The notes under the pieces: model-generated
Database searches by the model: none
Told to the model about the DNA's origin: nothing
The model's input: the letters and a program-made list of their open reading frames with translations, nothing else
Made by a program: the position numbers and the translations under genes
Shown: positions 24,051 through 32,000 of the stretch, one piece after another
Layout of the letters: the number at the start of each line of letters is the position of its first letter
Position numbering within the stretch: position 1 is the first letter of the stretch
Assembly: GCF_002075285.3 (NCBI RefSeq)
Contig: NZ_CP021983.2
Coordinates: forward strand, 4,110,001 to 4,142,000
DNA length: 32,000 nucleotides
Direction of reading: 5' to 3'
From: Halomicronema hongdechloris C2206
Lineage (GTDB): Bacteria > Cyanobacteriota > Cyanobacteriia > Phormidesmidales > Phormidesmidaceae

Positions 24051-26732
24051 TTAACTTACCGGAGACTGTATTTGAGTCGACGGCTCTGGGGTCGGAGAAG
24101 GGTCTGGAGGCGGCGTGCAGTGAAACTGCAGACTACCATCGGCTCGTTCAGCCTGGATGATACTGCCGGCAGGAAAGGCATTTTCTAGGATCTTCGTGGC
24201 GATGGGATTTTCCAGCTCCTTTTGGATGGCTCGTTTCAGAGGACGGGCTCCATAAACAGGGTCGTAACCGACTTCGGCAATGTAGTCTAGGGCTGACTCT
24301 GACAGCTCGATCTGTAGCTTTTGGTCAGCCAACAGGCGCTGAATCCGCTGCACTTGGATGGCGACGATCTGGCGTAGTTGTTGACGCCCCAGGGCGTGGA
24401 ACAGAATCAGATCGTCGACTCGGTTGAGAAATTCAGGCCGGAAATGCGATCGCAACGCCTGCATCACCCGCTTGCGCATGGCTTCGTATTGGGCATCACT
24501 GCCAGCCACATCCAAGATGTGGTCACTGCCAATATTGCTGGTCATGACGATCACCGTATTTCTGAAATCGACCAGACGTCCCTGGCCATCAGTGATACGA
24601 CCATCGTCTAGCACCTGCAGCAGGATATTAAACACATCGGGGTGCGCCTTTTCGACCTCATCCAGCAACACCACCGAGTAGGGATGACGTCGTACCGCCT
24701 CCGAGAGTTGTCCCCCTTCTTCGTAGCCCACATAGCCGGGAGGCGCCCCCACCAGGCGAGAGACGGCGTGCTTTTCCATGTACTCCGACATGTCGATGCG
24801 AACCAGAGAGGCCTCGGTATCAAATAGGCACTCTGCCAAGGCCCGAGCCAATTCCGTCTTGCCCACCCCCGTGGGTCCCATAAACAGAAATGAGCCAATC
24901 GGCCGCCCTGGATCCTTCATCCCGGCTCGAGCCCGGCGAATCGCTGCCGCCACCGCTGCCACCGCTTCCTCTTGGCCAATCACCCGTTGATGCAAATAAC
25001 TTTCTAGCTGTAGAAGCTTTTGCCGTTCTGACTCCAGCAGGCGATTGACCGGAATCCCGGTCCACTTGGCCACGATTTCGGCAATGTCGGCTTCACTCAC
25101 CTGCTCCCGTAGCAGAGTAGAGCCCCGGGCTTGAATTTCCAGCAACTGGGCTTCCTTGGCCTCCCGTTCCCGCTGCACCGTCTCCAGACGACCATACTTG
25201 AGTTGCGCCGCCGTGTTCAGGTCGTAGGCCCGCTCGGCCTGCTCGATCTGTACCCGCAGCTGGTCTTCCTCTTCCTTCAGGGTGTTGATGGCCTCCAGGG
25301 TTTGTTTCTCGCTTTGCCACTGGCCGGTTAGGGTCTGCTGCTTCTCCGCCAGCTGGTCGATTTCCTGCTGAATTCGCTCTAGGCGCTCCTGGGCAGAGCG
25401 GGAGGCAGGCCCTGCCGATTGTCCCTCCGCCTGCAGGGAGAGTTTCTCCATCTCCAGCTGCATCAGCCGTCGGTCGATGGTCTCCAACTCCACTGGCTTG
25501 GAGGTGATTTCCATCTTCAGCTTGGCGGCGGCTTCGTCCACCAGATCGATGGCCTTATCGGGGAGAAAGCGATCGGCGATGTAGCGATCAGACAGGGTGG
25601 CGGCGGCCACCAGAGCACTGTCGGAGATATGGACCCCGTGGTGAACCTCGTAGCGCTCCTTCAGGCCCCGCAGAATGGAGATGGCGTCGTCGACACTGGG
25701 CTGATCCACATAAACTTGCTGAAAGCGCCGCTCCAGGGCGGCATCTTTTTCGATGTGCTTGCGATATTCGTCTAGGGTGGTGGCACCAATGCAGCGCAGT
25801 TCCCCCCGGGCCAGCATCGGCTTCAGCAGGTTACCGGCATCCATGGTGCCCTGGCTGGCCCCAGTGCCGACGACGGTGTGAAGTTCGTCAATGAACAGGA
25901 CGATTTGGCCGCTGGACTCAGTCACCTCTCGCAATACCGATCGCAGCCTATCCTCAAATTCGCCGCGATATTTGGCGCCGGCAATCAAGCCGCCGATATC
26001 GAGGGAGATCAACTGCCGGTTCTTGAGAGATTCGGGCACATCGCCGTTGATGATGCGTTGGGCCAGACCCTCGGCGATGGCGGTTTTACCGACCCCCGGT
26101 TCCCCGATCAGGACCGGATTGTTCTTAGTGCGGCGGGAGAGCACCTGCACCACCCGGCGAATTTCTTCATCGCGGCCAATCACGGGGTCCAGCTTGCCCT
26201 CTCGGGCTTGTTCCGTCAGGTCCCGGCCAAACTTCTCTAGGGCTTGGTAATGGGACTCGGGGTTTTGGTCGGTGACCTGTTGGTTGCCCCGCACCAGTTT
26301 GATGGCGGTCATCAAGGCGGCGGCATCCACCTCGAAGCCTCGCAGCAGGCGCCGACCAATGCGATCGTCTTCGACGAACCCCAGCAGTAAGTGCTCGATG
26401 GAGATAAATTTATCCCGCAGGCTCTGACGGGCATCTTCGGCCTTGTCCAGCAGCCGGTCTAGGCTCTGGCCCAGGTATAAATTGTTGTCGGTGGCCATGC
26501 GCACCCGAGCCTGTCGTTGGGCAAAGGTCTCTAGCTCGCTCAGTAACAGGTCGGGCTCGAGCTTGGCCTTTTTCAGAATGGTGTGCCCTAGCCCCGCTTC
26601 CTGCTCCAGCAATGCGATCGCAACATGTTCCACCTCCAGATATTGGTGCTTATAGCGCCGGGCAACGGCTTGTGCCTCTACGATGGCATCCCAGGCTTTG
26701 GTGGTGAACTTGTCTGGATCAGTCGGCTGCAT
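24051..26732 (-). CDS. clpB: ATP-dependent chaperone ClpB (two AAA+ modules, coiled-coil M domain)
   Basis: Contains [28 protein letters not shown] and [10 protein letters not shown] place the start at the ATG at 26730-26732 ([17 protein letters not shown]); the track start at 26753 is a TTG. The C-terminus has a Pro/Ser/Thr-rich tail, [22 protein letters not shown]. Confidence 0.95.
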   Translation of the reverse strand: MQPTDPDKFTTKAWDAIVEAQAVARRYKHQYLEVEHVAIALLEQEAGLGHTILKKAKLEPDLLLSELETFAQRQARVRMATDNNLYLGQSLDRLLDKAEDARQSLRDKFISIEHLLLGFVEDDRIGRRLLRGFEVDAAALMTAIKLVRGNQQVTDQNPESHYQALEKFGRDLTEQAREGKLDPVIGRDEEIRRVVQVLSRRTKNNPVLIGEPGVGKTAIAEGLAQRIINGDVPESLKNRQLISLDIGGLIAGAKYRGEFEDRLRSVLREVTESSGQIVLFIDELHTVVGTGASQGTMDAGNLLKPMLARGELRCIGATTLDEYRKHIEKDAALERRFQQVYVDQPSVDDAISILRGLKERYEVHHGVHISDSALVAAATLSDRYIADRFLPDKAIDLVDEAAAKLKMEITSKPVELETIDRRLMQLEMEKLSLQAEGQSAGPASRSAQERLERIQQEIDQLAEKQQTLTGQWQSEKQTLEAINTLKEEEDQLRVQIEQAERAYDLNTAAQLKYGRLETVQREREAKEAQLLEIQARGSTLLREQVSEADIAEIVAKWTGIPVNRLLESERQKLLQLESYLHQRVIGQEEAVAAVAAAIRRARAGMKDPGRPIGSFLFMGPTGVGKTELARALAECLFDTEASLVRIDMSEYMEKHAVSRLVGAPPGYVGYEEGGQLSEAVRRHPYSVVLLDEVEKAHPDVFNILLQVLDDGRITDGQGRLVDFRNTVIVMTSNIGSDHILDVAGSDAQYEAMRKRVMQALRSHFRPEFLNRVDDLILFHALGRQQLRQIVAIQVQRIQRLLADQKLQIELSESALDYIAEVGYDPVYGARPLKRAIQKELENPIATKILENAFPAGSIIQAERADGSLQFHCTPPPDPSPTPEPSTQIQSPVS

Positions 26733-27213
26733 GAGGTCGGCAGTGACGGGCAACGGAACGGCAGGGGGATAGGCCTTTGTAGTTTTGTAAACAAAGATTA
26801 CCCCAGTATAGCAACCGCCCTAACACTTGAGGCAGCTGCGAGTCAGACAACTCCCAGATGGGAAGACTCGGTTCATCGGTCCTGACGCTATCTGGTCAAT
26901 GCTACAGGCTAATGTGCCGTGGCAAAGGTTAACCGGTCGTTAGGTCGTTATGTTAGTGAGCTCCCCTATTGTCCTGCGGGAAGGCCTCGGCGTGAGCTCG
27001 CTCGAATGGCCGTGTCCACGACTTTGCTGCCTCTGTCAGACTCGCTGAGTGCGAGGCACTCGCCTTGGGGTTTATGGCGCTGACGAAACGCGCAGGCGTA
27101 GCTATATGGGACCAGCCTAGCTCCCCGCCACCACCATAGCAGTCACACTGGCGCCGCCGTCTACTGGGGGCAGCAGAGGCGTTATCAGCACTCTCCGCTG
27201 CTGGACCCAGCTC

Positions 27214-27648
27214 TTACCCAACGGCCTGAGGTTCGCTGGCCTGAGAGGATTGGGCCGACCCCTGGGTGCCCAGTTGAATCAGCTCTACTTTATAGCCAGT
27301 GGGATCTTGCACGAAGGCAATGACGGTGCTGCCATGCTTCATGGGGCCAGGCTCGCGCACCACGTTGCCCCCTTGGGCCTTGATGCGATCGCAGGTGCCG
27401 TAGATATCATCTACCCCGATGGCAATGTGACCATAGCCATCGCCCAGGTCATAGCTGTCGACCCCCCAGTTGTAGGTCAGCTCCAGTACCGAGTGATCGG
27501 CCTCATCCCCGTAACCGACAAAGGCCAGGGTGAACTTTCCGCCGGGGTAGTCCTTCTGACGCAGCAACTTCATGCCTAAGACATCGCAGTAAAAGGCCAG
27601 GGACTCCTCTAGATTGCCGACCCTGAGCATGGTGTGCAATAGTCGCAT
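27214..27648 (-). CDS. gloA: Lactoylglutathione lyase (glyoxalase I)
   Basis: [47 protein letters not shown]...LELTYNWG...[11 protein letters not shown] is a near-canonical GloA sequence. Confidence 0.9.
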   Translation of the reverse strand: MRLLHTMLRVGNLEESLAFYCDVLGMKLLRQKDYPGGKFTLAFVGYGDEADHSVLELTYNWGVDSYDLGDGYGHIAIGVDDIYGTCDRIKAQGGNVVREPGPMKHGSTVIAFVQDPTGYKVELIQLGTQGSAQSSQASEPQAVG

Positions 27649-27805
27649 GATGGATGTACCTCGGTATCTCCACTCTCTATTCTGACGGAAAACCAGAATG
27701 TTAAGCTCTGTGAGGATTTGCGCCTTGCCTTCGTGGAGGGGAACCCTCTCCCCTATTATTGGGGTTAAAGTTTGTAAACTTTCCTAAGATTCCGGAGATT
27801 CAAAC

Positions 27806-28564
27806 GTGACTCTTCCACTGTTGAGTTATTCCCCAAATAGTCAAAACCAGCGGGTTGCTGCGTACGAAGCCCCGGGCGAAGAAAAGCCTCGTGTCTTTTC
27901 CACGGATGACGTCCTCTCATCCACTGACATGGATAATCTGATTGAGGCGGCCTATCGCCAAATCTTCTTCCATGCTTTCAAGTGGGACCGTGAGATCGTT
28001 CTGGAGTCCCAACTCCGGAATGGTCAATTGACGGTGCGTGACTTCATTCGTGGCCTGTTGCTGTCCAAAACCTTCTACAACAGCTTTTACGAAAAGAACA
28101 GTAACTATCGGTTCGTAGAGCAGTGTGTGCAGCGGGTGTTGGGGCGCGATCCCTATAGCGAACGGGAGAAAATCGCCTGGTCTATCGTGGTAGCCACCAA
28201 AGGCATTCAGGGATTCGTCGAAGAACTGCTAGACAGCGACGAATACTTGAATAACTTTGGCTACAGCACAGTGCCTTATCAGCGCCGTCGTATCCTGCCG
28301 GGACGGGAAGAAGGTGAACGGCCCTTCAATATCAAGTCTCCCCGATACGACGCCTACTATCGCAATCAGCTGGGCTTCCCCCAAATCGTCTGGCAGACCC
28401 AGGTCAAGCGCTTTGTTCCCCAGGACAAGCGAGTTACCGAGGGCAATCCAGCCATGTTCTTGGGTATGGCCCGTAGCATTTCCCCCAGTGTGTCTCCCCC
28501 GCGGGTGACCACCGGCAATATCAACATTGCCACCCAGGTGCCTTACCGCAGGGTGCCCCAATAA
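27806..28564 (+). CDS. cpcG: Phycobilisome rod-core linker polypeptide CpcG
   Basis: GTG start. Contains [16 protein letters not shown]...[67 protein letters not shown] (PBS linker domain). A GGAGA SD lies 8 nt upstream. There is no hydrophobic C-terminal tail, so it is CpcG1-type rather than CpcL. Confidence 0.9.
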   Translation: MTLPLLSYSPNSQNQRVAAYEAPGEEKPRVFSTDDVLSSTDMDNLIEAAYRQIFFHAFKWDREIVLESQLRNGQLTVRDFIRGLLLSKTFYNSFYEKNSNYRFVEQCVQRVLGRDPYSEREKIAWSIVVATKGIQGFVEELLDSDEYLNNFGYSTVPYQRRRILPGREEGERPFNIKSPRYDAYYRNQLGFPQIVWQTQVKRFVPQDKRVTEGNPAMFLGMARSISPSVSPPRVTTGNINIATQVPYRRVPQ

Positions 28565-28614
28565 GCCCTCTCTATCGTCGGCTATGCCGGTTAAGGCGAG
28601 GTGTTCAGTGTTGA

Positions 28615-28650
28615 ATGAGGGCGTGGTGTTCACCGCGCCCTCATGTTATT
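28615..28650 (+). terminator. Probable intrinsic terminator after cpcG
   Basis: ATGAGGGCGTGG..CACCGCGCCCTCAT forms a stem of about 12 bp (one G-U pair) at 28615-28644, followed by GTTATT. The U-tail is weak. Confidence 0.5.
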
Positions 28651-28868
28651 AACGACAAGTCCTCGGTATTGGGTTAGGTACGGGTTATGGGTTAGTTAAC
28701 AGGCACAAGGGAGATCTCAGCAGGGTTGGGCTGTCGTTAGATAGGCTGATTGGTGCCGGGGATTTAGATTAGATGTCCTGTGCTGTCCCCTCTACCTGTA
28801 GAATGCGTTTAGCCTAATTGATGGTTTATGGCCATCGGCGATGAAGTGAGTATCAGCACAGCGTTTGA

Positions 28869-30029
<1,161 letters not shown>

Positions 30030-30136
30030 CGGCACAGCAATCAGAGTCATGGTCGTGAATCCATGGCTGATGCCTGACCTTAGGTAGCATCTCTGCGTTG
30101 AGTTAACGTTCTGGCCCTTGATTTTCCATAGCTCCT

Positions 30137-31270
30137 ATGCGCATCGCCCTCTTCACAGAAACCTTTTTGCCCAAGGTCGATGGGATTGTGACGCGGCTCA
30201 AACACACGGTGGATCACCTGCAACGCCTGGGAGATCAGGTGATGGTGTTTTCTCCGGAAGGAGGGCTGAGGGAATATAAGGGGGCTCAGATCCGGGGGGT
30301 GTCGGGCATGCCCTTTCCCCTGTATCCCGAGTTGAAGCTGGCTTTACCCCGTCCCTCCATTGGTGAATCCCTGGAGGACTTCAAACCGGATTTAGTCCAT
30401 GTGGTCAATCCTGCCGTGTTGGGGCTGGCGGGCATTTATTATGCCAAGACCCTGCGTCTGCCCTTGGTGGCTTCTTACCATACCCATCTGCCCAAGTATC
30501 TGGAGCACTATGGCTTGGGCATGTTGGAGGGGCTGATGTGGGAGTTGATTAAGGCCATGCATAACCAGGCTCAGCTGAATCTCTGCACCTCTACGGCCAT
30601 GCGGTCGGAACTCAGTGATCATGGCATCGAGCGGGTCGAGGTGTGGCAGCGGGGGGTGGATACGGAACTGTTTCGGCCGGCGTTGGCTAGCGTTGAGATG
30701 CGATCGCATCTCAGCCAAGGCCATCCCGACGCCCCCCTGCTACTCTACATTGGTCGTCTCTCGGCCGAGAAAGAAATCGATCAGATTAAACCGGTGCTGC
30801 AGGCCATTCCGGGGGCCCGGCTGGCCCTGGTGGGAGACGGCCCTTACCGGGCGGAGCTAGAGAAGCATTTTGAAGACACGCCGACCCACTTCGTGGGCTA
30901 TCTGGAAGGGGAGCAACTGGCGGCAGCCTACGCCGCCGCCGATGCCTTCATTTTCCCGTCCCGTACCGAAACTCTGGGGTTAGTGCTGCTGGAAGCCATG
31001 GCTGCCGGTTGTCCAGTGGTGGCGGCTGACTCTGGCGGCATTCCCGACATCGTCACCGATGGGGTCAACGGTTATCTATTCGATCCTGTCGATGAGCAAG
31101 GAGCCGTCATCGCCACTCGTCGGTTGCTATCGGGGCAGACTGACCGAGAAGCCCTACGCCACAATGCCCGGGCCGAGGCAGAAAAATGGGGTTGGTCAGC
31201 CGCCACCCAGCAACTGCAAGGGTTCTATCAAGCGGTGTTGGCGGAGTTAGCCATGCCCTTGGCAGCTTAG
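30137..31270 (+). CDS. sqdX: Sulfoquinovosyl-diacylglycerol synthase SqdX (GT4 glycosyltransferase)
   Basis: MRIALFTETFLPKVDGIVTRL... and the E-x7-E-type C-terminus FIFPSRTETLGLVLLEAMAAGCPVVA. It lies immediately downstream of sqdB, as in other cyanobacteria. Confidence 0.85.
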   Translation: MRIALFTETFLPKVDGIVTRLKHTVDHLQRLGDQVMVFSPEGGLREYKGAQIRGVSGMPFPLYPELKLALPRPSIGESLEDFKPDLVHVVNPAVLGLAGIYYAKTLRLPLVASYHTHLPKYLEHYGLGMLEGLMWELIKAMHNQAQLNLCTSTAMRSELSDHGIERVEVWQRGVDTELFRPALASVEMRSHLSQGHPDAPLLLYIGRLSAEKEIDQIKPVLQAIPGARLALVGDGPYRAELEKHFEDTPTHFVGYLEGEQLAAAYAAADAFIFPSRTETLGLVLLEAMAAGCPVVAADSGGIPDIVTDGVNGYLFDPVDEQGAVIATRRLLSGQTDREALRHNARAEAEKWGWSAATQQLQGFYQAVLAELAMPLAA

Positions 31271-31410
31271 GCATTCTTGCTGAGGAATCCCTTAGGGACA
31301 AGGGGGCAGGGGAGCGAGGAAACAGCCTTGATGGCCAAACAGTCGGAAATCGGTAGTCTCGGAATGACTCGTGACCAGTGCTCTGCAGCAGAAATAGCGC
31401 CTCTCAGACA

Positions 31411-32000
31411 TCAGGCCAGGCCAGCAAACTCATCGATGACCTGGAATAGTTGGCTAATGTGGCAGGTGTCGGTATAGGGATTCAGCAGCACCAGCTTCAG
31501 CCAGCGCTGCCCCCGATAGGCCGGCAGAGAGAGAAACCAGGAGCGCTTTTGCAGATAGGTCTGCAGGTTAGCGTTCCAGGTATCCCACTGAGCTGAGGGC
31601 AGGGTGGAGGGACAGCCGCGAAAGCAAACAATATTCATCTCAGGGTGACTGGCCAGTTCCAGAAAGGGGCGGCGATGGATTTCCTGAAGCACCTGTTCAG
31701 TCAGGCGATAACTGGCCTCAATCAAACGGTCGTAGCCTTGCCGTCCCAAATGTTGCAGGGATAGCCATAGCTTCAGCACATCCACATGGCGGGTCCCCTG
31801 GACGGCAATTTCTCCCAAATTGGTCCAGTCGGCATCGCTGTTCATGTAGGGGGCAGCTACCCGAAAGTGATGGTGCAGCTGCGCCATGTCTCGAAACAGA
31901 ACCGAGGCACAGGTCTTAGTCACGTACAGCCACTTCTGGGGGTTGACGGTGATGGAATCGGCCTGCTCGATGCCGGCTAGGCGCCAGCGCTGTCGCTGAG
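31411..32000 (-). CDS. PLP-dependent (group II-like) decarboxylase family protein, C-terminal part (gene runs off the right edge)
   Basis: The track ORF 31411..31923 starts at an internal GTG. The same frame stays open to nt 32000: [35 protein letters not shown]... [11 protein letters not shown] looks like the PLP-lysine motif, with Q where H is usual. Confidence 0.65.
   Translation of the reverse strand, partial: QRQRWRLAGIEQADSITVNPQKWLYVTKTCASVLFRDMAQLHHHFRVAAPYMNSDADWTNLGEIAVQGTRHVDVLKLWLSLQHLGRQGYDRLIEASYRLTEQVLQEIHRRPFLELASHPEMNIVCFRGCPSTLPSAQWDTWNANLQTYLQKRSWFLSLPAYRGQRWLKLVLLNPYTDTCHISQLFQVIDEFAGLA

Noticed and set aside
31331-31477. A 48-aa ORF (MAKQSEIGSLGMTRDQ...) with a GAGGA motif upstream, in the sqdX/decarboxylase convergent gap.
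   Set aside because: It runs antisense into the 3' end of the decarboxylase gene and has no recognisable features. It sits within a longer track ORF (31277-31477) that looks spurious.

Overview
This is a chromosomal window from a cyanobacterium, probably a filamentous Leptolyngbya/Nodosilinea-like type. Support: I saw the HIP1 octamer GCGATCGC more than 20 times by eye, and the genes include cpcG (phycobilisome linker), sqdB-sqdX (sulfolipid), a PBS-lyase-type HEAT protein, DUF4079 and an HpsE-like glycosyltransferase. I support about 29 protein-coding genes plus 2 gene relics. I found no rRNA, tRNA, CRISPR array, transposase, integrase or phage gene. Layout: (1) 1-4787 is a co-directional minus-strand cluster of small-molecule-modifying enzymes (MBL-fold, broken P-loop kinase, GFA, sulfotransferase, DUF1330, tandem GNAT, VOC). 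It also holds a 59-aa ORF with a strong Shine-Dalgarno (SD) site that falls below the track cutoff. (2) 5032-8955 is a divergent 1307-aa HTH/NB-ARC/WD40 STAND NTPase with an odd in-frame low-complexity insertion. (3) 9163-12024 holds membrane proteins, an orphan ABC ATPase, a methyltransferase relic and a HEAT protein. (4) 12542-14200 is an AT-rich Fur / Dps / small-protein locus. (5) 14602-17408 is prmC immediately downstream of a NACHT NTPase with a polytopic membrane C-terminus. (6) The rest is housekeeping: EAL, htpG, two glycosyltransferases, clpB, gloA, cpcG, sqdB, sqdX, and a partial PLP decarboxylase. Intergenic DNA is rich in short tandem heptamer/octamer repeats (STRR-like). The best candidates for uncharacterised biology are the two STAND NTPases and the sORF/sulfotransferase cluster. 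All functional ideas about them are inference. Nothing here matches a known defence or mobile system that I can name from sequence alone.
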